A DNA stretch of 64,000 nt from contig CM060733.1 in the NCBI GenBank assembly GCA_030704615.1, forward strand, positions 1,612,001-1,676,000, read 5' to 3'. Positions 24,521-37,050 of this stretch are shown piece after piece. This stretch comes from Takakia lepidozioides. Lineage: Eukaryota > Plantae > Bryophyta. The position numbers and the translations under genes were made by a program. How positions within the stretch are numbered: position 1 is the stretch's first letter; every line of letters starts with the position of its first letter. The notes beneath the pieces are model-generated. The model was not told the DNA's origin and did not search any database. It worked only from the letters and a program-made list of their open reading frames with translations.

Positions 24521-25879
24521 ACCTCCTCGTCGTCGTCGACACAGACATCCTCCTCATCTTCAAGGGAGCTCAACCAATTTTCCTCCACTGCTCGGATGGT
24601 TTTGCTGAGCTGTCCGGACTAGGCGAAACTGTAGAAAAAACGGAAGAAGTCTGGATCGTCCACTGATGGGCACACCGATGGGAGAAGCCCAAATGGTATG
24701 AGGCGCAATGTGCCAGGACAGACTCCTTTGGTAGTCTCTTCTGACTGGACTTCGTCCACGTGAACCCTCGACTGGTCAGGCAAGACAATGTCAACGGGAG
24801 ATGAGACACCTCCCAGACCTGCAAATTCATCATTCCGATTGATGTCTGCAGGCGGCTCAGCAGACTGGCTCTCACTTGAAGTACTGATGGTCTACGTCTG
24901 CTGCGTAGACCGTCTCCCTGGCACAGCTCGTGACACTTCCCGACTGCCTTGGAGACGAGTCTGTTGTTGAGATTTTTCCCTCGCCTCCCGAGCAGACCTT
25001 GCAGCCTTTTCTCTTTCCTTCTTCTGGGCCCCATCACTAAGTTTCCTTTTTCTGGGAGCCACAGGCGATGGTGATGTCAGGTCATGCACATCTTGCATTG
25101 AAACATCCGAACCCAACCCATACCGTGCGCGCACCTCCACCGAAGTGCAGGCCTTTGGGTTTGCGCCACGGAGTCTAGCGGTGGCCGCATTCACCACCCT
25201 CATTGAACTTTGAACTGGCCATGGCTTGAAGCCAGATGGGATATAACGCTTGTTTTTGCAACCTGTGTCAACACAATGGCGGTTTAGCTGCACTTTGTCC
25301 TTGATAATTTCACTACAGAAAGGACAGTGGAGCTTATGCTTCTGCCAGTTGGAGTCTGCAGGCTTGATTGCGCGGAGGTCTAAGAATGCTTCGACTATTT
25401 TTGCATCATACTCCTCAGGTGAGTACCAGTACCTTCGCTCCTTTAGCCTGGACTTGTGCATGAAATGCAACCAGTCTGCTCCACCCTTTGCACGAGCATC
25501 CTCCATGGCTGCAGAATCAGACAAGAGATGCAGCGGCAATGAGCGACAGAAAGCAGAGAAGAGCGGAAAAGAGAATGGAAAGAAACCAAAGCACAAAGCA
25601 CAAAGAGGAAAGCTCACTGGGCGTGTTGCGGAGGCGACGGTTGTTGCGACGATTCGGTGCTCACGCGACAGTCCGCGCCTCGAAAAGCTAACATGCACAA
25701 AGAAAAGCCAGCTCGCACAAATGGGAGGTGGATGGGCCCTAAACGAAACAGTGCGAAAGAAGTCTAGCAGGAAGTGGAGAACAGGTATAACCCTGCATGC
25801 GCGGAGTGACGTGGCGAGATTTCACTGGCGCCCCTTTTTGGCCGCACACCCCTCACACGTACTGGCGATATGCCACTGC

Positions 25880-26830
25880 ACGGACAGTCCAGCAGACGGG
25901 ATGAGTGGGACTATCGTCAGTCTGCCGTCGTCGCATTCATTAAGTCCAGCAGACTTACTCCTGATGACAAAGACGGCTGGGCAGACCCAGTACCCTCGAC
26001 AACAGACTCATATGCCACCGCAACGACAGACTGACGACTGAGGTTAAGCGGACTGACGAAGAGACTAAGGCGAGTGCGGAGTCTGGTGCGGAGTCTGATG
26101 ACGTGCCGCGACGTGACTGGGCCTCCTTACCGCCGTCGCTGCATTTATTGCGTCGAGCAGACTTAAACCTAATGACATAACTGCAAACAAACTTGCACAA
26201 CAACAGACTCGTATGCCATTGCACGGACAGTCCAGCAGATGGAAGGTTCAACAGACTGACGAAGAGACTGGCGCAGAGTAATTTGCGCGACAACAGACTG
26301 ATTTCTAACAGACTAATATCCCAAAAGACAAAGTATCCCCTAGGCGGCCGGGTGATACGGGAGTAAATCGTAAACTGCACTTTCTGTCTGAGTTCGGACG
26401 CGGCGCGAGATCACTGGCGCCCCTTCCCGCCGTCGTTGCATTAATAGGTCCAGCAGACTTACACGTGATCATAATGACGGCTCAACAGACCAAGCACAAA
26501 CAGACTTGCGCCACAGTAGACTGACTTTGTGACTGATATCAGAAGAGACGGACAGACCAGCAGTCCGACGGCTCAGCAGACTCACAGCAATGCGGATAAT
26601 TAAAATGTAGTAGTTAAACGGACTCATATCCGAAGAGATGGACTTCCAGCTGACCGACGGTTCAACAGACTGACGAAAGAAGAGACTTCGGGGATAAGAC
26701 GAGAGAAGACACTTCGGAATTCGGCAGGCAGTGACGACCCAGTAGTCTAGTGAAGAACAGACTCGGGCCACACCAGACTTGTGTCCTTATAGACCAACAG
26801 TCCAGCAGACCAGACTGATATCCCATCAGA
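25880..26830 (+). repeat. Upstream CAGACT motif array with degenerate higher-order duplications
   Basis: tgcacggacagtccagcaga, ccgtcgtyg and cagactgacgaa blocks repeated. Confidence 0.75.
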
Positions 26831-28916
26831 ACCATGCTTGGCATCGCCATCATGATGTGGTTGCATTTCATTCGTCCAGTAGCCTTGCATATGTCTATAC
26901 TCATGGCACAACACACTGCTTAGAGAAAGTACTGACAAAGACGCAGTCGAAGAGCCTGTTGATCCACGTGCATTTGTAGTCGTAAGGACCTCAAACATCC
27001 ACAAACAACGTGAATCCACATATCTTAGGCTACGTCTCCTTTCCCATTGTCCAGTTTTCAAGGAGACGGTAGTGGTTGAGATGTGATGTTTCAGGAGGTG
27101 CATCTGGATGTTTGAGGACCTTCGGACTGGATCATGTTCCGTTCACACTCTCCGCAGTTCCCAGACATGTGGTGGTAGAGATGTCCTCCCCTGAACAGTC
27201 TCATCGGTGGACATAAATTCTGCAATGTATACATGCCCCCACGTGCATATGCTTCCGCGATTTCCGCTATCGTGTTACCAATGGTTTCTTGCTCCATACG
27301 AAGGAGTCGGACTCGGACACACACCACAAACCGTAAATTCATGCAATTTTTCCACATATCGTCCTAAAAAATAAGCACGTCAGCACAAAACAAAGGCGAA
27401 AATAGTGGAAGCATATACACGATGGTGGCTGTAGAGCCCCGCCAGCCCTCTCATGTTCAGACACACCCTTCATCGACATTAAAATCGCCATAAACAACAA
27501 GAACAGCCGTATGCATGCAAAATCACCTCCGCAACATTGGACAACAAAGAGCCGCAAGAACGAGACAACAAGAACGAGTGGGCGAGTTCGTGGCAGGATG
27601 TTACGATCTTCCAATGCCCTAAACATGGATGGCGCGGATGGGTTTCTCAGAATGGACGATCCAGATCCTTCGGCTGGCGCGGACTGGCAGACTGGCACAG
27701 CGGACTGGCGGTTTGGCGGACTGAGGGGAACTGGACTCACGGGCAGCGGACTGGCGGGCGGACTGGCCGCGGGCGCAGCTGGTGGGCCGCAGCAGGTGGG
27801 CGACCGCGCGCAGAGGGGGTCCCGGTGGAGGGAGCCGGTCCGTGCGCGGGGCCCACCGGTCAATTCGATCCCAATTATTGGGAAATGAGAGGCATGATCC
27901 CCACCTCATCTAATTTATTTAACAAATTTAAATACTTATAGTGAGAAGGGCCTTTTAATATATATATATATATATAACATTAGTTCATTCATGTACCACA
28001 CATTCTTTGTAACTAAATCTTCACACATGGGCCTCAACGTAGGAGACGCCCCTTGGATATTGCACTTGCACTTAGATGACATTGGACCAAGCACCCTAGA
28101 GTATGGTTACGGGTAAAGAAGAAGAAGTGGACGCTGCCATGGGGTTGCATCTCCGAGGGAGAAGCGCCGGGTGCTGCGACCTCACCGGCGCGGAAAGATT
28201 GCCCCAAAAAAATAAGATTGGAAGGGTAGCGCCCACTATATTCCTGTATAGTATGTTTCTATTGATCGCCCGCTGGTCCTCCGGGCTGGCGACTGGGGCC
28301 GTCGGGTCGCCATCGGCCGGAAGGTGAGGTGGATAATGGCGGGGTGGATCGCTACTATATTGGTGACGTGGTGGTGACCGCGCGGAGGTGGGGCGCCAGA
28401 CTAGGGGGCGCAGCTGTGGGTTGGCGGCGGGAGAAGTAGGCGTGCCGGCCCGGGCGCATTCGACTCCCGGGCCTTTTCTATTACTTGCGATTGGCAATTT
28501 GGCATCAACGAATGAGGTGAAAAAGTGCTTTCCTAATGTGCACAGTTCTGTAATAGTGACATCAAGTCCAGTTCGACACAAACTGCAAGTCATGAAAATT
28601 GAAATCTTCACAATTCTCGGAATGTAATTAATGAAACCATCGCAGTGAATGCTTCACAACTGACTGACAGAATTACTGGCTTAAATGACTTCGGAGGATA
28701 TTCTTGGAAGTTCATTTAATTGCCAAATGTCAGAATGGAGAATGGAATTGAAGTTTGATGTGAAGTGGGCCCACGCTCAACTTCCCACGTGAACATTTGA
28801 GTGCAGGGATGATAAATACAAAGAGCATGTTCCCAACTGTTTGCAATTCAACCTCATGTCCCAAAAGCCGATGGTAGATATACCTGCCAGCATTCAAACA
28901 ACCTCATGCGGTAAAT

Positions 28917-29080
28917 GAGCTGGTAGCTCACTTGGAAAGTGCACTTAGTGCCACCCAGATGGGTCTGGGGTCAAATCCTGCTACCTTGATGGCTGTGGTA
29001 TGTTCTAGGCGGTGTCCCATGCGTAAGCCTTCACGGCGAGGTTACTCTGAAAGAGGTTATTTTTTCCTCTCTTTTTTTCC
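28917..29080 (+). mobile_element. Probable tRNA-derived SINE
   Basis: Pol III A-box-like TAGCTCACTTGG and B-box-like GGGTCAAATCC at tRNA-like spacing, then a non-tRNA body and T-rich end. Confidence 0.45.
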
Positions 29081-30798
29081 TTAAAAAGAAAGAAAGGAAA
29101 GGGGACAGAGCCCTTTTAATCACATGAAATAAGTGTTCACAAGAGGTGGAAAAATAACCACCAGGGGCCATGAAGGCAAAACACACTGGGAAACTCCCAA
29201 TATTTCAGAATAAAGTTAACCAGGGCTCCAACCCTGTTAACCCAAAAAAAAAAAAAAAAAAAAAACCTCCCAGGATGACGTGGTGACGATGACGTGGAAC
29301 TATGGCATCCTATTCCTGCTCTACGCTAAACTAGCTGCCGACCTTTGGTCGTCGCTAGAATTTCCCAACGGAATCCAACTATTCAAAAACAAATGTTTGG
29401 TGAGCAGAAAGGGGACACTGAAAACGTGCGGCGCAGTTGGTCCATGTTTGCTGCATCTTGAAGCAGGCAGAGATTGGTCCAAACTGAATTGTTGTCCAGT
29501 TCTTCCACCTCCACGTTGCAGCATGAACAGAAAGGTGGAGACAAGACATTGGCCGCAGTCATCTTTTGGCATGAACGTTGTTCTGCACCTTTGTAAGAGG
29601 GTCAGGCAAGAGAAGATACCTTTTTGCGATCGGTCTTCTCACATCCCCGGAACTCATCCATGGTGTATTTACAGAAAGAAGGTGACCAGAAAGACTGATC
29701 CATAGTGTATTACAGAAAGAAGGTGACCAGAAAGTGATACGGATCTACAAAGGAAAAGAGGTAATAAATAGAGCAAAGTCCAAGATGGTCGACCGACCAG
29801 GCTATAGGGCAAGCAGAGATTAGTCAAGCATACTGCTGCTACAGCCATGGTGGGCCAGGCCGCTCCAGAGACTCAGTCAACATACACCCATCGCCATCGC
29901 CATCGCCGACCTCTGGTCCCTCCACCATGTGCCATGAATCGCAAGGCAAGCTCAAAGTGGCAGCCCACATGCACAGGGAACTTCAATCTCCTCCTCCAAT
30001 GTCGGACTCGTCATAGCTTCCTCCCTCCAACCTCCTCAATCTCGCAGTACTTTTCGCTCTCATTCCAATTGTGGTTGTAGATTCCACGCTGCCGACTTCA
30101 GAAAACTCTTCTAAAAACAGCTCACAATATATGATATCCATGATGTGCTGCTGGAGTCATGGTGACACCTGACTCATCTTCAACTACTCACCATCTCCTA
30201 ATAGAAACCACGATCACATGTCACGCTCCCGGATTACCCTCATCGACTGTTTGAATTTTTCAATTTCAAACTGTAGAATATAGAGGAAATCCGTTGTGAC
30301 GTGATCCATCCATCAGCTCGGTATATTCCACTGTTGGACTGGTACGTCCATTTTTTAATAATCGACTGGTCCTAGTATGAAGGCCCGTCTCACCCCTACT
30401 TTCACAACCAGGCTGATACAGGTATCTATACAGGTATGAGCAACATGGGGATGAATCTGGTACGATTACTTGTATTTTGGGCTGTATACGAATAGGGTAT
30501 TGATATTGTCCTTTTTTAAATTGATACTAGGGGTATATAAGCACTGGGGCTGTACAAGTTCTACTGCACACCATCCATAGAAATAAATGCCATTAAACAC
30601 ACAAGTATGAAACTCATGCACACAAGCAATTGTAGCCTGAAACACTACGCCAAGGCAACCCAAAGTAGCATGAAACAATAGTGAAAAGGCAAATGAAGTC
30701 TGAATTGCAACAGGAAGCCTTGAATTCACAAAATGATATTAGAAATTATGACCTAATGCCATACTCATACCTAGCTCCATCCGCCACGAATATGTTAA

Positions 30799-33700
30799 TT
30801 TTTTTTAAAAAAAATAGAGAAGAGGGACAAAGGCCTCAAAGCTTTATAAATAAGGACTAAATCGTCCGAGAAGTACAAGAGGAAAAAATAACCTCTACCG
30901 GGAGTGCCACGGAAGCTTAGCTAGGAAGACAACGCTTCGTGACCAAAAGCACAGGGAAAGGGGGAGAGATAGAGGAGCTCTGAGAGCTTGGGAGGTCAAG
31001 AGGCCAGAAGCCAAGACTAAGAGGCACAAGGCCCTAAAGCAGAACTAAGAACACAAAAGAAGACAGGGCAGCCACAACACCAGAGCAGATAGCTACAGCC
31101 ATGGTGCTAAAGAACTTGCAGCGCAGCTGCAAACAGATCCTAAGAAACCAACCCCGAGCAACAAGCACTATAAGCCTGCAAATCCAGAGGGAAAAGAATC
31201 TAAACACTATAATGAGCACCACAGCAGCCCTTCAGTTCAATTCAAACTACCAAACGAGAGCGCTTTAGCTTTGCTTTTGCCTTTCCTAAAAGATTTACGT
31301 TTGACCTCGGGCTCATACCACCGAGGGGGGAACGCATGGAGCTAAGTGAGCTGCCACTCCTGCGGGATGTTGTCATGCCATTGAACGCTTGATTCAGACA
31401 CTCTAGTGCAGATCCTCCCACCTCTGCCCCAAGATTGATCAAATTCTTGGAGGAGTTGAACGCGCCTCATTTCCCCACATCTGGAAAGAGCTGATCCCAA
31501 CACACCCCACGCTTTACAAGCCTCAGACATCATTTCTAAGTGAGCCATAAACAACACAGACCTGACTAAGAACGGCCTACCAAAGAACAATAAATCACAT
31601 CTAGCCCTCCACAAATTTCACAATGTGTGAGCCCGGAGAGTAGCCCAAACTGGGCGTTTGGACCATACTTCCCCTCCAAGGAAGTTTAAGAGCAGAACAG
31701 ATGCAACATTAGGAGGCACCGGATTCCAGAAGGCATAAAAAGGGGTCACTCTATTCCAAGTGTTAATGGCCTGAGGGCAAGAAACAAAAGAGTGCCTCCA
31801 GGGTCTCTGGTACCCCCGGCGTACAGGAGGTGCAGACTCGGGAGAAGTCAGAAAAGCAAGTCGTGAGAGGAAGGATCCGATTGGGCCAATTTCCCAAAGA
31901 AAGCCAGATATCTTGGCTGCACGATCTTTTCGCCAAACATCTTTCCAAATACCTTTCCAAGAAGAAGGACAAATTTGCAGGTGACTCCATTTAGCTGTCC
32001 ATTTAAGGTCCATGGGAACCACTGGATTTAGCAAAGAGTATCCTAGCTTGACAGAATAAGCGAAGAAATGGGAGTGAAGCCTATCTTGCCATCTCCACTT
32101 ACTAGGGTCGAATTGCAACATAGCCAAAGGAGCTTGCAAGATCCACAAAAAGAATGGGTTTGTATGACAACCATTATCAGTTGAGGGATTCGCCACCTCT
32201 GTGGCCAAGCAAATGACCCAGATTGCAAAATAGGAATCTTCAGGGACCAAGGTATGGCTGGGAGGGTGTAGAATCCCACATTCAAAATCTCAAATCTCCA
32301 ACCATCTAACATGGAACCAGATCGGGACAAAGCAAAAATGGCTGCTTTAGAAGGACCATTGTCGAAGGCCAGCCAAGCTGGGAGGCCCCTTCTAGAGTAG
32401 GAGGCTAATCCAAGAAGACGGAAGATCTGCAGTCACCACATCCCAATCTGCTCCAAGCCTTCTACTAGAGAGGAAATCTTCAACCTCCGCAGCAGAGATG
32501 AGAGCCCCGTTTTCCCATATGTGAAAAAAGTTGGAGATGCCCGCAGCATCCTAAGAAGCCCATTTGGCAAAGCATTTATCCAGCCTCTCTGAAGCCCGAT
32601 TATGGTTCCCAAACAAAGGCTGTCTGAGCACCTCCTCCGGAATAGAGGGCATTGCTTGCGAAAGATGACCCCTCATTACAAACCAAGCCTGCCAAATGGA
32701 TCTCCATGCATGCGAGCCAGAGAGAGGCACCGAGTTGAATGATCCTCCCTGCACAAACCATCTAAGGGATGGAGGCTAAATCGAGGAAGGAGCTAGATGT
32801 GCTTGAAGGAGATGGTGACGAACCAGAAGACACCAAGGAGATGAAGAATGTGTGAACACTCTTGGGACCCACTTGGCTATAGAGAATAGATTTGCGATTG
32901 AGGATCCAAAATACCAAGGCCACCATTACTCTTTTTTTGGGTTAACTGCTTCCAACTCACAATCGCTCTATGAGTCTGACCAGGAGAGGAAACCTCCCAC
33001 ATGAAATTTTGCATCATTGCCTTCATCTTTTTTATGAAGGCATCCCCCGGAGACCAAACAAAGGAGCTGAACCAACTACTAGAGGCCAACAAAACCTGGT
33101 TAACAATTAGCGCTTTGCCAACAATAAAGAGGTGCACCGAGCACCAGTAGGCCAGCTTCCTCTTGAGGCTGGCTAAGATACTTTCTGCCCTCATAGCATC
33201 GAACAGATCATGACCAACCAGATGACCCAACAAAACATGCTTTTGCCTATCTTGCAGCCAAGAGAGACGTAGGGCCTCCCCCGCAGCATGGGAAGCCACC
33301 GTCGAGTCTTTCAACTTAGATAAGATCCCCTTTGATTTTTTCCAATTTATGTTCAGACCAGAAGCAGCACAGAATTGGGATAGGGCAAGCAGGGCCCGAT
33401 CCACATTTGCCATGGAGCTATTATCAATCAACAAGGAAGTATCATCAGCATAGAGCAATGACTTAATACTGTAATTTGGGATGGTCGGGTGTTGAACTCT
33501 GAGCCCCACGAGTACATCTGGTCGGCTGTGGAGGAGGTGGCTGAGGCCATCTGCAGCAATAATGAACAGAAAGGGAGAAAGAGGCCACTCTTGCCTTACC
33601 GAACGAAAAAGAGGGAAGGATCTGGAGATAGAACCGTTTGTAAAGCAGCGGCTGAAGCCTAGAGGCCAAGGCCTTCGCTATAATTTTGTAGATAACATTA

Positions 33701-36700
33701 AGCAGGGTTATCGGTCTATAGTTGGGGAGGAAGTCCCTGTCACCCTTTTTGTGTATCAAAGTTATGACCCCCTGGGATGTCTGCGAAGGCATAATACCTT
33801 TAAGAAGAATGTCCTCTGTGAATGTAGTAATGTCATCACCACAAATCATCCCAAATAGCCTGGAAAAGTGCAACCGGCAAACCGTCGAGCCCAGGGGATT
33901 TAAACGAGGCAAGCTTAGACATTGCATCAAAAAGTGAAAGGGGCAGAGAGACACACCAACTCTGGTTCAGAGATCACAGGTACGAAAGAAGCAAGCACCG
34001 AGCTTCGGGAATCAGTATCCTACCGGGAAGAAGAACGTGCTCCAAACAAGGCGTCGAAATGCGAGGCTGCCAGAGAGGACATGTGCTTGGCGTTGGAGAC
34101 CGGTTGTCCTTGGTCATTGATCAGCGAAGCAATGGTTGTACCAGCATGCCTCTGCTTAGCTTTTAGAAAAAAGTATCTCGACATCTTCTCCCCTTTCATA
34201 GACCAGTTAATGCCCGCCTTTCTTCTCAACTTCCTTAGCATGCAACATCTCTGCCAAGTTTCTTTTAGCTAAATGAAAAGAGTCCCAAGTTTGGGAGTAG
34301 GCCCATCCCGACTCAATAACCTTCTGACACTGAGCAAGGGATTTGATGAGAGATTTCTCCTGTCTGTTCCTGTCCAGGGCTTGTTGTTTTGAAAGATCCT
34401 GCCCTTGATAAAACCCCGACCCTTGATGTGAACACCAGGCGAGGAGAAGGAAGCACTAATAGCAACATGATTGAACCTAGGCAGAATGGGACCTAAATGC
34501 TCAGGTTTAGCCCAAATCAGAGGAGTGGGGGAGCAGTAAATTTGATCAAGACGGGCCATACAGAGGTCGGGGGGATTACAGTTATTAGACCAGGTAAAGG
34601 GCAAACCATCCACCAAAGAGCTTAAAGGCTCAGACAGACCAACCGTAAAGCATAGAGTATCCCAGGCTTCAGATTCACCAGAAGACAAAGTATGAGAAGC
34701 TGACCCAAGCCGATCTTCCCCACTTTCCACTATGTTCATATCACCAGCGAAAATCCAATGAACTATATCGGGGTGTCGCGACCCTTTGCCTTGAGGGCAG
34801 GGGGTCGGGACACAAGAGGGGCTGCCCCTGTGGTGGGGGCAGTGGCAGCGATAGGTATGGGGGGCTAAAGCACCCTTGAGTGCCCAAAGCACTCAAGGAG
34901 GCGGAGGCGCTCACTAGATGGAGCCCCGCACACCGGGGTTGCGGTGGGGGTGACTCCACAAGGGGTGGTGGTAGCTTAGTGGGACTTAGTGGGGGTGGCA
35001 TAGGACTCACCCTGGGGCAGAGACCTCGTGGTGGGAGTCGTGGGACTCATCACGGTCCATAGGGGCCGTGGTGAGTGGGCCAAGACTCACCGCGACTCAT
35101 CACCGGGAGTCGAGGGTGTTCGTGGTGGTTCGCCATAAAATGGCATGGTTGTTTGTGAAACCCCCGCGGACAGCTACAGAAGTATATATAGGGAGTAGTA
35201 ACCCCGAGAACGGTGCAAGCCCGTTGGTGACCAAAAGCTAGTGAGTAAGCGAGCGAGCCGGAAAGCGACCAAAGAGTGGGGAGCTGTTCCGGACTGCCAA
35301 TTACCAAAGGGAATTCCGCTGGTTCTAAATCGTTGGAGGGTTCTTTGGGAGATCAAGGGGGGGACCGTTATGTCCCGGTGAGCGGCCGAAGCTCCAAGTT
35401 GGCCCGGCGGCCAGGTTGGGAGTTAGGCGCGCGCATCAAGCGAGTAACTATGACTTGAGGGGGGAGCTTACCGAAGTGAGGTGCGCGACAGGGGGCAAGC
35501 CAGGATTTTGAGCCTTAGGAAAGACCAAAATTCAATTCTCTCATCAACTATATTGGGAGCATAAATGTTCATAAAAGCATAGAGGCTGAATTAAGAAGAA
35601 GTAAAAGCAACCTGAATTCTCCCTTGCATCCAAGAGTCAACTCCAGTAAAAAAAACGAACAAAGCTGGAGCAATCAGAATAGCCGTTCCACCCCTAGAAT
35701 CCGTTATAGTAGGGTTCCACCAGGCAGCATTGCGAGGCCAAAAGGCATTGCCTAATGCCTGATTTTTTGCTGCATCTAGCTTATGCTCTTGCAACAAGAT
35801 GATCTGATTAGAGTTCCTAATGGCAGCTGCCCATTGTTGCAGATGATGGCGTTTGGGCAAAGAGGCTCCAGATGTCCCAAGAGGTAAGGCCAAAATTCAT
35901 GGAGGGTTTGCTTGAAAGCCCATGGCAAAACCATGAAGTGATGGCTTAGAGAAAACCAGGAGGAAGAGTCGATCTTGATGACGGGCGAACAAGGTAACCC
36001 ACTGAAGGACATGGCTTGGATTCGGTAATTCGAGCGGCAGGTGCAGGTCAACCCCATAATCCGAATTGCACAACCAGCCCTCTGAGGGAAATTGGAACCT
36101 CTGTTGCAGCACGACTTAAGACTGAGAACAACGGACAGGCCTCTCCAACTGAAAAAACTCAGCAATGATTCTGGACAGGGAGCGTCCAAACAAGTGGTCT
36201 GAGAAGCATAGCACCACAACGAGTGGTAAAAAGACTCGGGGGCCCAACCAAAGAGATAAGGAGGAGAGCACATGAGAACTTCCGCCACTACCAACAGGTA
36301 AGCTGGAAAAACAACAAGGCGGGTTGAGAATGGCTCATCGGTGGCGGGATCAGCAGATCCAAAGGAGCCATGGCGCCAGATCCACTCTCCCCCTCCTGGG
36401 CATTGATGATCAACAAACCGTTGTTGGCTTGAGGGATGTCCACACCGAGGCGAGGACTTTGATCTTCTCTGACGCCAAAAGCATCTTCCTGTCTGCTGAG
36501 TAAACTTGAGAAAGCCAGGGCATCTCTGCTGCCAGCCCTCTGTCCTTTGGGAACTTTGTATCAGAAATCCAGTTGAGCTTTCCAGCCCCTGCATCTTGGG
36601 CACACACATCAGCAAGGAGCATAGGAGGAATAACTTGAATAGAATAAGGGAAGGTGGAGCCGGAGGAGCTTTCCTTACACATGGTTGAGCTCATGCGAGG

Positions 36701-37050
36701 GCATTAGCCTACTGATATCCGAATCCGAAAACCAAAACCTGATGAAAGTGTCGAGCTTCGATAATAAAATTGAGAGTTCGCCCTCTGGGAACCCGAAAAT
36801 CAATGGGGTGACTCTAATATTGACAATCAAGTAGCCATTAGGTGGTAAGACCTCAGATAGGACCACATCAGAAAGAGAGACATCAACAAAAGATTTCAAT
36901 GAGAGAGACAGAAATAAGCCAAGTTGTGTGGCTCATCTCCACCCAAGCTGAAAACTGCCGGAGGCGAGGGGCGATTTGAGGACGAAGCCTTCTCCCGTTC
37001 TGCTGATGTCACACGAAGGGAGAATGGGTCCAGGCTTTTCGTTCCATGCA
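30799..37050 (-). mobile_element. Degraded L1-clade LINE (ORF1 remnant, APE endonuclease, RT, C-terminal region, 3' UTR, poly(A))
   Basis: LLQEHKL, WIFAGDMN, ARLDQIY (EN); NYRPITLLNVIYKIIAKALASRL, LLYADDT, GLNINWKKS, GGLGI (RT); WKDVW..KISGFLW; T run about 30799. Confidence 0.92.
34774..35490 (+). mobile_element. Solo LTR of the chromovirus family at 59550-64000, inserted in the L1 endonuclease region
   Basis: TGTCGCG...CGCGACA termini, TSD CGGGG/GGGGG; reverse-complement match to 59550-60285. Confidence 0.9.

Larger units (their letters stand above)
23050..25506 (-). pseudogene. Unknown multi-exon C2HC zinc-finger gene, paralog A (ZnF, NLS, acidic tract, QQT pentapeptide repeats, C-terminal region), several in-frame stops
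   Basis: MEDARAK...FMHK..RYWYSP..CPFC-x12-H..GC..KPWP..RLRG..RKRK; candidate exons about 25506-24877, 24846-24522 (ends DDDEE|gtaatg) and 24071-23050; ORFs 23759, 23399, 23123 and 22643 are in one frame separated by single stops. Confidence 0.65.

Noticed and set aside
27940-27980. Helitron-like 5' end for the zinc-finger element at the (TA)n tract
   Set aside because: Lacks the TC terminus and is not shared by the related copy at about 14390; element class left unassigned.
28917-28990. Functional tRNA gene
   Set aside because: A/B boxes present but no convincing acceptor or anticodon stems; treated as a possible SINE head.
35442-35455. GAGTAACTATGACT, matching a conserved LSU rRNA segment
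   Set aside because: Only 14 bp, inside an LTR, altered in the second LTR copy, no flanking rRNA similarity.
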